Shown here: positions 35,784 to 45,733 of the stretch, piece by piece
How the letters are laid out: each line of letters starts with the position of its first letter
Position numbering within the stretch: position 1 is the first letter of the stretch
From: Candidatus Omnitrophota bacterium
Lineage (GTDB): Bacteria; Omnitrophota; Gorgyraeia; Duberdicusellales; 4484-171
Assembly (NCBI GenBank): GCA_003154195.1
Contig: PMCS01000005.1
Coordinates: forward strand, 9,449-73,448
Length of the DNA stretch: 64,000 bases
Direction: 5' to 3'
Notes under the pieces: generated by a model
Told to the model about the DNA's origin: nothing
The model's input: the letters and a program-made list of their open reading frames with translations, nothing else
Database searches by the model: none
Program-made: the position numbers and the translations under genes

Positions 35784-38700
35784 TCACGGCAACGCCGCGA
35801 ACTCCGCCAGGGAGTCCATTTTCCGCAATGAAACAATATTGAAGGTTAAGTGATCAAAAAAATCCGGGCCGATTTTTCCCAGCTCGATTTTACTCGACGC
35901 CGGGCTGGAAGTAACCGGGATATTGGACATTTTGATACCGCCAGGGGAAGATGTGACACCGCCCCCCTGCAATACCCCTATCCGTTCACCAATCATACCT
36001 CTTAATTGTCCATATCTAGCCTCCATCATTGGCCTACTATGCTCACTCCAGCTTCCCTGTCTTGAAGCCATCAACATAGTACCAATCGCTGTAAGCGTAC
36101 CAACATCATTTGCGTTTGTGATCAGCCCTGCTAATACATCTAAAGATCTCTGCACCTGCCCAGCGCTTGCGTCAGGATTACCGTTTGGCTCAGGCAGAGC
36201 TTTCAGATTATTTTGAAGAAGCATGATCTGTTCCTTCGCTCTCGATATTTGACTGGAAGCCGCCGTGGGAGAAGAAACATCCGGCGCAAGGGTGATAGCT
36301 GCCGACTGCACTTGTCCTCCTGTATCCTGTACAAAACCTCTTACCAGCTCGCTCAACATCCTTTCCTCCTGCCGCTGCCGTTCCCCAGTCTCAACCTCTC
36401 TAACCAAATTAGCTAACATGAGCCTTTCCCTCTCGCCCCGCGCCGCCGTTGGCTGCACAGGCGCCCCCATCTGCTGCTCGATCATTCTGTCCGCCCACTG
36501 TGGCCTTACTGCTTCAGCTCTCTTGGCCATCTCCATAGCCTCTCTCGCCCGTTCCTCCATCATCTGGATATCTGACAACTCATTTTTTGCCGCCGCCACC
36601 AATGCCTGAGTAATCTGCTCCTCCAATCGCCCCTTCTCAGCTTCCAATTCTATCACTCTTTTCTGCAGACTCAGCTGTTCTATCGCTGAAAAATTTCTCG
36701 TAGAGAAATTTTCCTCTTGCCTCCGCGCTATTTCTGCCAATTCTGCCTGCAGCCGCGCTATTTCTGCCCGCTGCCGCGCTGTGTACGCTCTTGCAGTTCT
36801 TAACATCTGTGCCCGGCGTAAATCCCCCCATAGCCCCATGGTTTGTTCATCCAGCCTATTCTGCACCGCGCGCAATCTTCTTTGCTCACTTACCCGTTCG
36901 CGTTGTGAGATTTGCTTCGAGAGCTGATCCGTCCGCTGCTGTGTTATTTCCGCCTGCTGCCGCGCTTTTTCCGCCAGATCCCCCGCTATTCTCGCGGCCC
37001 GCTCCTCTCTAGCTACGAAAGCTGACCATACGGCCTCTACTTGTTGCTGCCGCGCTTCTTCTCTAGTCATCACATCGGTAACCCACCGGGCTAGCATTTT
37101 TTCTTCTCTTTCTATTTTATTATCCGCCCTCTGCCGGGCGCTAGTTGCTATTTGCCGGACTGGAAAAATTATCGCCCGGTTTAAACCTTCAATGTGACTT
37201 TCGAGTATTTGTGCGAACTCTGCATCATTAATATCTTGCCCCTCGGTTTGCCTCACCGTAACTTCAATATTTAATTCTGTATTTCCGTCGGCGAGACGTT
37301 GAAGATGAAATACATCCTGTAATTTTTCTTTGCCAATAAAATTAATAAGTGCGACATCCCTGCCGTTAACCCGGATGCTCTCGATATTAGCCATATCGGC
37401 GTAAGCCGCCAACGCTTGCAATAGGTCCCTCACCCGCTTCGATTCTACATTTGCCCAAGGGAATCGCATTGGCAGCAACGCGACAGATTGTCGTAGTTGA
37501 AGCCTCAAAAGCTCTTGCGCCCAATATCGCTGCGCATCAGGAATCTCCTCTTCATATGTTCTTATATTTGCTAAACTGTTCCGCGAATCCCTGTTTTCAA
37601 ACCATCTTAACACCATAGCGCGCGCCGCAAATGCCAGAGTAACAGCGGCCAACCCAAAATCGAACATTGCCATGCGCGAAATCGTAGCCTTTGGAGCATC
37701 GGGAGCCGATGGGCTGCCCGGAACGCTTTCGTAAGCCTTAGTCCCTTGACTTTCAGCTTCCCTATTTCTCGCTACTTTAGCTTTCGCCTCCGTTATCTTT
37801 GCCGTCAACTTGGCTGCTTCATCTTTCAGATAGTTATCTAAATAAGCTGTTCTGGTCTCTTTAACAGTCGCAGCGACTTTTTCGCTTGTTGTAAGGGGAG
37901 TCCCGTCCTTATGAATCAAAGCCCTATTACTCAAAGCCCTCTCGCCGGCATACTGTACCACAGTAGCAGCTCCTGATTCAGATAGCCATCCCTCAAGAGA
38001 AATCTCCTTCGGCGATCCCCCTTCGATAACGGATCGAACCATTTTTCTAATCGCCGCCATTGTTTCCGTTCTTTGCTCCTGTGCTTGAAGGTCGACCAAT
38101 CTCGCTGCATCTACCCAATCTTGCCTTGCCAACGCCTCCTCCAGATCTTTTGCCGGCGGGATGGGGTTTTCCGCAGATAAATACCTGACATTACTTACTG
38201 TCCACCCACCCACCACATTACCACGCACCATATTACCATCCACGATAATGGTATTCCCCTGCATCGGAGAAGAAGCGATAGCGGAAGAAGAAACTGGAGA
38301 AACCACATTGCTATTACCTAGCGTAACCATCGTAACCCCACCCGAAAAGTATCTTCTTCTTACCTGTTTATGGGTAGCTACGTCCGATTCTTTTTTGATG
38401 TAATCATAGATACCTTTTTTGAAAGCTTCGGTATAAAGGTTATAGATCTTCTCTTTCGCTTGCGGGTCATTGATATCGATGCCTTTGATTTTTTTCTGGT
38501 TGATGTAGTGCTTATAGAATGATTCCTTGAACTTCTCTTTAAACCATTTGGCTAAGATAAGAGAGTAATATATTTGCCGCAGGGTCGCGAAGTTCTTACC
38601 GTGATTGACATCGTCAGTAACCTTCGGTACAACCACCTCGCGCATGACGTCGGAAGCGACCTTGTTGACCGCCTGCGCGTTACGTTCGTTGAGCCCGTTA

Positions 38701-39425
38701 ATACCTTTGGAAGATTTTAACCCTGCAACCGGCCCAACCGGCTTAACCGACTCAACGCTTTTATTCAGCGCCAAGAAATCCTCTTCTAACATCGCCTTCA
38801 ACGTCGCCTGATTGACTACGGCGATATTGTTGTGCTCATAGACCTCGGCTTTATCCGGGGTAATCCATATCTTGTTAAAGGTATTGACCGGTATCCTGGT
38901 AGTGCCGAAGTTCTTCGCCGCGGCCTGATAAGTCTTCTGCCAATAGTTCCTACCGGTTTCATTCTCCGGATAGGTCAGGCTTGAGACTAATTGTTTCAGC
39001 ACGTAGTCCTGGGCCAGCATGTCCCGGCCCACGTCGGTCTGAATCGCGGCTTCGTTTACGATGCGGTCTTTTTCATAGACCGAGAGGTTTACCCATAAGT
39101 CATCTTCAGGGATGGTAAGGCCGGCTAAAAAGTAACGGATCAGCCTGGAGACTTCTACCCTATCCACGGTATCCTGGCTGGCGGTGTCAATGACAAATTG
39201 TATCTGCAGAGGATTGTCCGGGTTGATTTTTATCCCTTTTAATATAGGAAAGGAATAGTTGGCGGAAAGGTTTAATAACTGCGTCGGCGAAGGCAAAGCC
39301 AGCGAAGAAGCGCAATAACCCGGCGGGCAAAGGCTTGTGCCGGCAAAGAAAAATAAAACCAACAACGAAATCAATTTAATAAAGATCTTACGTTTAGGCG
39401 AGTTAAGAGAGGTTACCATAAGCAC
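35784..39425 (-). CDS. Large secreted modular protein: conserved N-terminal domain, coiled-coil cargo, SSP linkers and C-terminal GGI motif
   Basis: 1213-aa ORF with signal peptide; N-terminal ~365 aa paralogous to 1..4950. Confidence 0.88.
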   Translation of the reverse strand: MLMVTSLNSPKRKIFIKLISLLVLFFFAGTSLCPPGYCASSLALPSPTQLLNLSANYSFPILKGIKINPDNPLQIQFVIDTASQDTVDRVEVSRLIRYFLAGLTIPEDDLWVNLSVYEKDRIVNEAAIQTDVGRDMLAQDYVLKQLVSSLTYPENETGRNYWQKTYQAAAKNFGTTRIPVNTFNKIWITPDKAEVYEHNNIAVVNQATLKAMLEEDFLALNKSVESVKPVGPVAGLKSSKGINGLNERNAQAVNKVASDVMREVVVPKVTDDVNHGKNFATLRQIYYSLILAKWFKEKFKESFYKHYINQKKIKGIDINDPQAKEKIYNLYTEAFKKGIYDYIKKESDVATHKQVRRRYFSGGVTMVTLGNSNVVSPVSSSAIASSPMQGNTIIVDGNMVRGNVVGGWTVSNVRYLSAENPIPPAKDLEEALARQDWVDAARLVDLQAQEQRTETMAAIRKMVRSVIEGGSPKEISLEGWLSESGAATVVQYAGERALSNRALIHKDGTPLTTSEKVAATVKETRTAYLDNYLKDEAAKLTAKITEAKAKVARNREAESQGTKAYESVPGSPSAPDAPKATISRMAMFDFGLAAVTLAFAARAMVLRWFENRDSRNSLANIRTYEEEIPDAQRYWAQELLRLQLRQSVALLPMRFPWANVESKRVRDLLQALAAYADMANIESIRVNGRDVALINFIGKEKLQDVFHLQRLADGNTELNIEVTVRQTEGQDINDAEFAQILESHIEGLNRAIIFPVRQIATSARQRADNKIEREEKMLARWVTDVMTREEARQQQVEAVWSAFVAREERAARIAGDLAEKARQQAEITQQRTDQLSKQISQRERVSEQRRLRAVQNRLDEQTMGLWGDLRRAQMLRTARAYTARQRAEIARLQAELAEIARRQEENFSTRNFSAIEQLSLQKRVIELEAEKGRLEEQITQALVAAAKNELSDIQMMEERAREAMEMAKRAEAVRPQWADRMIEQQMGAPVQPTAARGERERLMLANLVREVETGERQRQEERMLSELVRGFVQDTGGQVQSAAITLAPDVSSPTAASSQISRAKEQIMLLQNNLKALPEPNGNPDASAGQVQRSLDVLAGLITNANDVGTLTAIGTMLMASRQGSWSEHSRPMMEARYGQLRGMIGERIGVLQGGGVTSSPGGIKMSNIPVTSSPASSKIELGKIGPDFFDHLTFNIVSLRKMDSLAEFAALP

Positions 39426-39620
39426 CTCCGTTTTAAGTTAAATTCTTGATTATAATAAGAACAGTTTTAATTGTCACCAAGGAAGTTATACCATATTTCC
39501 GCGAAAAATACCGCTCAAACCAGCCTGTTTTTCGCGTTTCCTGAAAGCGCTTACTCATCCTCAAATAAACAATATTTTTGTTCCCTATCTTATATTTTTA
39601 GTTAAAATATCGGTAACCAC

Positions 39621-40334
39621 ATGATACAGCGTTTGATAAAAATATATAAGAATGCCAGGAATATCCTCATCCCAGAGCTCTGCTTTTCCTGCGGACGGAA
39701 AATTGCGGGCGAAATGCTTTGCTCGGCCTGCCGGGAAAAAATAGAATTTCTCTATCCTCCCCGCTGTAGGTTCTGCGCTAAACCGGTAAACGATAACACC
39801 ACCGGGCTTTGCCGGAAATGCCGCGGCAAGCAATACCCTTACGACCGGCTGGTCTGCGCCGCCGCCTATAAAGAACCGCTGGCAGGCCTGATCCACCTGT
39901 TAAAATACAAAGATTACGATTACCTCGGCGATTTTCTCGGGGCCCTGCTGGCGGAACATCTTTCGCGGATTAATTTTTCCGGCGGCGGTTATGATTTTAT
40001 TATCGGCGTGCCCCTCCATCCCCTGAAATTAAAAGAACGCGGGTTTAACCAAACCTCTTTCCTGGCAAAAAAAATCGCAAATCATTTTAAAATAGAGTTC
40101 AAAGATGATATAATCTATGGGGTTAAAGATAAGCTTTCGCAAACAAAATTATCCGGGCAAGACCGCCTGGCCAATATCCATGGCACATTCGCCGTTCCCG
40201 GCGGCTTAACCGGCAAACAAATCATCCTGGTCGACGATATCTTTACCACCGGGGCGACGATTCGCGAATGCGCTTTCGCGTTAAAAGAAAAAGGCGCGAA
40301 AACCGTTACGGCGATAACCCTGGCGAAAACATAA
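39621..40334 (+). CDS. comF: ComF family protein
   Basis: Double zinc ribbon, VPLH, RGFNQ, LVDDIFTTGAT. Confidence 0.92.
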   Translation: MIQRLIKIYKNARNILIPELCFSCGRKIAGEMLCSACREKIEFLYPPRCRFCAKPVNDNTTGLCRKCRGKQYPYDRLVCAAAYKEPLAGLIHLLKYKDYDYLGDFLGALLAEHLSRINFSGGGYDFIIGVPLHPLKLKERGFNQTSFLAKKIANHFKIEFKDDIIYGVKDKLSQTKLSGQDRLANIHGTFAVPGGLTGKQIILVDDIFTTGATIRECAFALKEKGAKTVTAITLAKT

Positions 40335-40396
40335 AAACTAAAACCATTGTCCACAGATTGCTCTGAACCGATTATTCCTTACACAGTAAAAATAAT

Positions 40397-41476
40397 ATGC
40401 GAATATTACGAAATTACATTCTGAAAGACTTCTCCGGCGCGTTTATTTTCGCGCTTTTATTCCTGGCAATGATCATGATGCTGGGAAACCTGATGAAATT
40501 AGGCGACATGATCATCAGAAAAGGCGTCAACCCCATCGACGCCCTAAAAATATTTTCCTTTGCCGTGCCCTATCTTCTGGGATTTATCCTGCCCCTGTCT
40601 TTTCTCCTGGGAATCCTGCTGGTCATGGGCCGGCTGATCAGCGATAACGAGATGACAGCAATATCCGCCACGGGAATATCGCCGCTGCGGATATTGAATA
40701 TTTTTTTAATCCTTGCCGCGATCCTTGCTTTATTTATTTTTCTGTTAAACAACCGGTTCATCCCGACCGCGCATTATAATTATCGCAACTACACCAGCGG
40801 CGTTTGCTCGCAAAGCATGGCCAACGTTATCGAGCCGGGGGTATTCCTGGAAAACTTCGCCGATTACGTCATCTATGTCTCCGACAAAGAAGACAACAAA
40901 TTAAAAAATGTCTTTATTTACGAAACCGACCGGGTTAAAGGGGTGAATAAAGTAACTTTTGCCAAGCGGGGAGAATTCGCGGTTGACGGCGACTGGATGA
41001 GGATAAAGCTTGAAGAAGGTTTCCGGGACGAACCAAACCCGAAAAATAAAAGGGAATTATACCGGTTGAATTTCAAAGTATCGTTTGTCGATATTCACAT
41101 CGAAAAGAAAAACTCGATTGTAAAAAAACCCAGCGATATGGTTTCGCAAGAACTGAAAGATGAGATAAAACGTTTAAAAAGAAAAGGCATAAAACCGGTA
41201 GAACTGGAAACGGAATTCCATAAACGGATAAGTTTCTCCTTTTCTCCGATTATTTTCGCGTTTCTCGCCTACGGCGCGTCATTTTCCATAAAACACCGGG
41301 AAAAATCAATCAATTTCGGCATCGCCTTTTTGACCGCCGGGATTTACTACATGCTGATGATGCTGGGCCAATCCCTGGCGGAATCATGTAAAATCACGCC
41401 GGCGCTGGGTATGTGGCTGCCCAATATAATCATCGGCGCCGTCGGCGCGTTTTTAATGCGGAAGAACATCGGGTAG
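40397..41476 (+). CDS. lptF: LPS export permease, LptF-like
   Basis: MRILRNYI, RLISDNE..A..A.GIS, HKRISF, WLPN. Confidence 0.85.
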   Translation: MRILRNYILKDFSGAFIFALLFLAMIMMLGNLMKLGDMIIRKGVNPIDALKIFSFAVPYLLGFILPLSFLLGILLVMGRLISDNEMTAISATGISPLRILNIFLILAAILALFIFLLNNRFIPTAHYNYRNYTSGVCSQSMANVIEPGVFLENFADYVIYVSDKEDNKLKNVFIYETDRVKGVNKVTFAKRGEFAVDGDWMRIKLEEGFRDEPNPKNKRELYRLNFKVSFVDIHIEKKNSIVKKPSDMVSQELKDEIKRLKRKGIKPVELETEFHKRISFSFSPIIFAFLAYGASFSIKHREKSINFGIAFLTAGIYYMLMMLGQSLAESCKITPALGMWLPNIIIGAVGAFLMRKNIG

Positions 41477-41530
41477 TCATTTTGCGCAGGAAAAGTGAAT
41501 TATAACCAATTGAGCTTTACGGTTTAGGTA

Positions 41531-41672
41531 TATCCAGCACTAATTTTGCCGCGGCAAAATTAGTGCTGGATAATTCGACTACCGCCTCGCGCGGCGCCTT
41601 TCAGGCTTGCTAATTCAACTACGTCCCACCACAATACGGCGGGACAAGTTTCATTACGACGAAGTCTCATTA
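41531..41672 (+). mobile_element. 42-bp perfect palindrome plus TAATTCGACT...AGTCTCATTA MITE copy 2 with a nested same-family copy
   Basis: tatccagcactaattttgcc-gc-ggcaaaattagtgctggata; outer element 41571-41672; inner taattcaact...agtttcatta 41611-41656. Confidence 0.75.
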
Positions 41673-42760
41673 TGCGTATATTAGATAAATATATCCTGAA
41701 AAGCATCACCCGGGCATACCTGTTCGTGCTGGCAGTAACGATCGGGCTCTATTTTATTGCCGATGCCTTTTCCAATCTCTCCGATATCCTGCAGGCGAAA
41801 CCTCCCATCGGAGCAGTAGTTAAATACTACCTTTTTATGCTTCCCTTAATAATCATGCAGACAAGCCCCTACGCCCTGCTGATCGGCGTCTTATACTCCT
41901 TCGGCGAACTGAATAGAAATAACGAGGTTTTAACCATACGCGCTTCGGGGATAAGCCTGGTCAAACTTGCCTTACCCGTATTTTTCTTAGCGTTTACCGT
42001 CTCGGCGGCCGCCCTCTTCGCCCAGGAAACATTACTCGCCGGCTCGCAGAAAGGCGCGGAAGAGCTGAAAATGAAATTTATTAAAAGAGATATTTCCCAT
42101 TCGCGCGATGAAAACAAATTAGCCTTTCATTCCGGCGATACGATATTTTTCGTAGAGAGATTTTCGCCCAAGGACAAAACTCTTTACGAAAGTATAATTT
42201 TTAATGAAAACGATAAAAAAAATATCTCCCGGAGAATGATGTGCAAAAAAATAGTCTACCGGGGTAAAAAATGGGTAGGTGAAGATATCTATGAGTATAA
42301 GCTGGACAGCGACGGCAACATGCTGGGAGTCCCCTCGCAGTATAAAGAGAAAATCATCGAACTGGATGAAAAGCCCGACGAATTGATTTTTAAAAAAAGT
42401 ATCTACGCGCAGTTCTCTTCGTTAAGGAATCTTAAAAAAGAAATGCGCCGCCTGAAAAAAATGAAAGCAACCAACCTGTTTTCCGATATGCTCGTTGATT
42501 TCAACTATAAAATATCGCAGCCGTTCGCGCATTTATTTCTTATTATCGGGGCCATACCCCTGGCGCTGGAAATAAAAAAACGCAAAGCATCCCTCTCTTC
42601 ACTGGGGGTGGGATTTCTTTGCGGATTCTTATATTACTTCGTAAATACCGTCAGCGTCAACCTCGCCAAAACCGGAGTAATCCTGCCCATTCTCGGCGCG
42701 TGGACTGCGCCTTTATTTTTTACCGGCGCGGGAATCACCGCGTTGCTGCTTATTAAATAA
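41672..42760 (+). CDS. lptG: LPS export permease, LptG-like
   Basis: MRILDKYI, NNEVLTIRASGIS, KISQPF. Confidence 0.85.
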   Translation: MRILDKYILKSITRAYLFVLAVTIGLYFIADAFSNLSDILQAKPPIGAVVKYYLFMLPLIIMQTSPYALLIGVLYSFGELNRNNEVLTIRASGISLVKLALPVFFLAFTVSAAALFAQETLLAGSQKGAEELKMKFIKRDISHSRDENKLAFHSGDTIFFVERFSPKDKTLYESIIFNENDKKNISRRMMCKKIVYRGKKWVGEDIYEYKLDSDGNMLGVPSQYKEKIIELDEKPDELIFKKSIYAQFSSLRNLKKEMRRLKKMKATNLFSDMLVDFNYKISQPFAHLFLIIGAIPLALEIKKRKASLSSLGVGFLCGFLYYFVNTVSVNLAKTGVILPILGAWTAPLFFTGAGITALLLIK

Positions 42761-42810
42761 TTTTCGCTTCAGCGAAAATTATTTAATGCGATTTAACCGG
42801 AAAAATATCT

Positions 42811-43263
42811 TCAGATATTTTTCCGGTTAAGGCTGAATTTGATTTCCTTGCGGGTGATTTCCTCATGCAGTTTTTTGCGTTTGTCGTAAATTTTACGCCC
42901 CTTGGCTAAGGCTATTTCCATCTTGGCGAATCCCTTATCGTTAAAATAGGCCCGAAGCGGAATTATGGTTAAGCCCTTCTGCATCGTTAAACCATTGATA
43001 CGTTTTATTTCTTTTTTATTCAACAGAAGCTTACGTTTACGCGTAGGTTCGGCTTTAAAATAAGAGGCCTTTTCGAACTCAGGGATATGCATATTATAAA
43101 GGACAACTTCGCCGTTCTCCACGAGGGCAAAGCTTTCCTCAATCGAGCAATTCTTCGTCCTTAAAGATTTGACTTCGCTCCCTTTAAGGACCAGTCCCGC
43201 TTCGAAAATATCCAGGATCTCGTAATCATGCCGCGCCTTGCGGTTCGTAGCGACAAGCTTCAT
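42811..43263 (-). CDS. smpB: SsrA-binding protein
   Basis: NRKARHDY, GSEVKSLR, RKLLL, YDKR. Confidence 0.96.
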   Translation of the reverse strand: MKLVATNRKARHDYEILDIFEAGLVLKGSEVKSLRTKNCSIEESFALVENGEVVLYNMHIPEFEKASYFKAEPTRKRKLLLNKKEIKRINGLTMQKGLTIIPLRAYFNDKGFAKMEIALAKGRKIYDKRKKLHEEITRKEIKFSLNRKNI

Positions 43264-43290
43264 AATATCCCAGCCGGCTCTCCTATTCCG

Positions 43291-44016
43291 TCAGTTTCGC
43301 GGCTCAATCTTTTTAATCCGGAAAAACAGCTTAAGATAACTGAAAAGAGTATCGAGCTTTTTCATTTTGGAAAACCCGCGCTTTCGGTTAATAAAGGTAA
43401 TCGGCACCTCGCGCATGGCATACCCCAGCCAATGGGCGCGCGCCAGAAATTCGACATAAAAATCAAATTTTTTCGCGGCCAGTAAAGGCGTAATTTTCTC
43501 CACAACGCCGCGCCTGATCAATCGGTACCCGGAAGTTTTATCGCGGACCCGCAACGCCGCAAAAACAGTTAAGAAGTCGTTAACCCGCTTGCTCAAGAAA
43601 AGTTTCCACGCCGGCATGCCGTAAATCCTGGCGCCCTTTACATAGCGGGAGCCGATTACGATATCCGCCCCGGTGCCTTTCAATGCATCGAAAAAATATC
43701 CCAACTCCTCCGGCTGGTGGTTGAGGTCGGCGTCCATCATGAGAACGCAATCGCAATCTTTTGATATATTTTCCAAACCGGTCCGGCAAGCGCGGCCGGC
43801 GCCGGCCGGAACTTCTGAATAAATAATACGCAAATCCTTGATATCCTCCCGGCGGGCGGTTTCTTCGAGAACCTCAACCCCCCTATGATTTCCATCAACA
43901 ACAAACAAAAATTTCGCCGTAACGCCGAGTTTACGAAGCGCAGCGTTCAAGCGGCTAAACAATTCTCCCAAATTTTCTTCTTCATTATAAGCGGTGATAA
44001 CAGCTTCGACAATCAT
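43291..44016 (-). CDS. GT2 glycosyltransferase (polyprenol-phosphate sugar synthase-like)
   Basis: AYNEEEN, MDADLNH, GSRY, D.TSGYR, EVPITF. Confidence 0.88.
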   Translation of the reverse strand: MIVEAVITAYNEEENLGELFSRLNAALRKLGVTAKFLFVVDGNHRGVEVLEETARREDIKDLRIIYSEVPAGAGRACRTGLENISKDCDCVLMMDADLNHQPEELGYFFDALKGTGADIVIGSRYVKGARIYGMPAWKLFLSKRVNDFLTVFAALRVRDKTSGYRLIRRGVVEKITPLLAAKKFDFYVEFLARAHWLGYAMREVPITFINRKRGFSKMKKLDTLFSYLKLFFRIKKIEPRN

Positions 44017-44060
44017 CGTATATTTTTCCGTAGTGAATCACCGCCACCTTCGTTGGTGAT

Positions 44061-45707
44061 TTAGTCATCCCTGAACGCTTGATAAAGCACTCTTAAGTCA
44101 AAAGCGCGATACTCTTTCTCCAATACCGGAGACCTATCTTTAATAAAGGCCTGATAATCATACGCCCCACCTTTTTGCAAAATCAGCACTATCGGTTCAT
44201 CTTGCAGATTATAATATTTACTCCGGGAGTCTCTATACAGGATTATAAAACCTACATATACGACATGGTAATGGTCGTTTATATATTTTTTGATATCCTG
44301 AGGGGTATTTTCGTTATAATATGCCTTGGGATAAAACACCGCGAAGCGTATATTAAATAGTTTTTCTTTTTCTTTGAATTCTTCCAGAGTCTTTACCCAG
44401 CCGCACTTCCGATCGGCATAGGTAGAAATACCCACGTGCTGGCACCAGGTATTCAAAAAAAAGCGTTCTTCCGGCCGGGTATGATTACGGATAAAAGATC
44501 CGGCAGCGTCCATGCCGCTAAAAATGGTGCAATAATGCTCCCATAACGAAATATAAATCGCCGGTATGGCAGAAACAAAAAATAAGATTACCAGCGCGGT
44601 TCCCAGATGGGATATTAGACGATTAACGCCCCGGCCGAGATAATATAACGCGTAGGCGCTTGAAAATGCCGGAATAAACATAAACGGCATCTGGTAATAA
44701 CTATGCTGATTTATATAATCAGAAAGCCCCATGCAATAGACAACCAGCGCGGCCAACCAGCCAAAAAGAAAACGCCGCAATAAAACATTTTGACGGTTGC
44801 GTACGGCCATATAATAACCTAAAAGGCCGGCCATGGTAAAAAAAACCGTATAACTTTCTTTAACCGTATATAAAAAAATTTTCACGCCGTAATTATGCCA
44901 ATAGGAGGCGGAAAAGATTTCCAGCAGATTTATCCGGCCTTCCGATATCCGGAAACTCAACTCCTTGCCAAACCAAAAAATCGCCGCCACGGCGATCAAG
45001 GGAGTTAAGGTTAGAAAAATATTCCGCGCCAGCCCCAGCAAATGGTATTTATCCCAAAGCCGGCGATAGGGGATTATAAACAGCAGAGGGATAAAACAGA
45101 TGAGGAAAGATAACTTACAAACAAAAACAAAAACCGCGCAAAGAATCGAAAAAAACAGATATCGGAATTCAAGAACGGTCGCAAAGCGTAAATAAAAATA
45201 GACGCAGGCAAGCATTCCCGTAAAAGCCGGGCATTCCGGCTGTAAATTACGCGCGAAAAATATACTCAGCGGAAAAATACTCAAAACAAACGCGGTTAAT
45301 AACCCTAATGGTTTTGATTGGGTTAAAAGAACGGTGATCTTAAACGCCAGGACGATACCGACAAGAAAAAATAAGACGTTAATCGTCCGCGCGGCAGCCA
45401 GAAAGTTATTTTCGCCGAATAATTTAAGGCAAAGAGCAGTCTGCCACATCGTAATGTGGCCGCCGGGAAATAAATCGATTTTTTTGGGATTAACCTCCAG
45501 GCCGTAATGAAAATCCGCGTACCGCGAAAAAAAATCGCCGCGCTTGAGCATGTTTTTAGCAACGCTGATCATCTCATGCTCTTTGACATTATGATAACCG
45601 ATGGCGGGAAAAGTGATATTATAAAGCCGGATAAAAAACGCGAAAACGATTATCGCGGCTAAAATAAATGTATAATATTTGTCAGTGCTGGAATTGATAC
45701 GGCGCAT
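44061..45707 (-). CDS. GT-C (ArnT/PMT-like) membrane glycosyltransferase
   Basis: Multi-TM; FIRLYNI, loop, R..QPE pattern. Confidence 0.75.
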   Translation of the reverse strand: MRRINSSTDKYYTFILAAIIVFAFFIRLYNITFPAIGYHNVKEHEMISVAKNMLKRGDFFSRYADFHYGLEVNPKKIDLFPGGHITMWQTALCLKLFGENNFLAAARTINVLFFLVGIVLAFKITVLLTQSKPLGLLTAFVLSIFPLSIFFARNLQPECPAFTGMLACVYFYLRFATVLEFRYLFFSILCAVFVFVCKLSFLICFIPLLFIIPYRRLWDKYHLLGLARNIFLTLTPLIAVAAIFWFGKELSFRISEGRINLLEIFSASYWHNYGVKIFLYTVKESYTVFFTMAGLLGYYMAVRNRQNVLLRRFLFGWLAALVVYCMGLSDYINQHSYYQMPFMFIPAFSSAYALYYLGRGVNRLISHLGTALVILFFVSAIPAIYISLWEHYCTIFSGMDAAGSFIRNHTRPEERFFLNTWCQHVGISTYADRKCGWVKTLEEFKEKEKLFNIRFAVFYPKAYYNENTPQDIKKYINDHYHVVYVGFIILYRDSRSKYYNLQDEPIVLILQKGGAYDYQAFIKDRSPVLEKEYRAFDLRVLYQAFRDD

Positions 45708-45733
45708 TGATCGACCCGCCCATGGATATTTAT

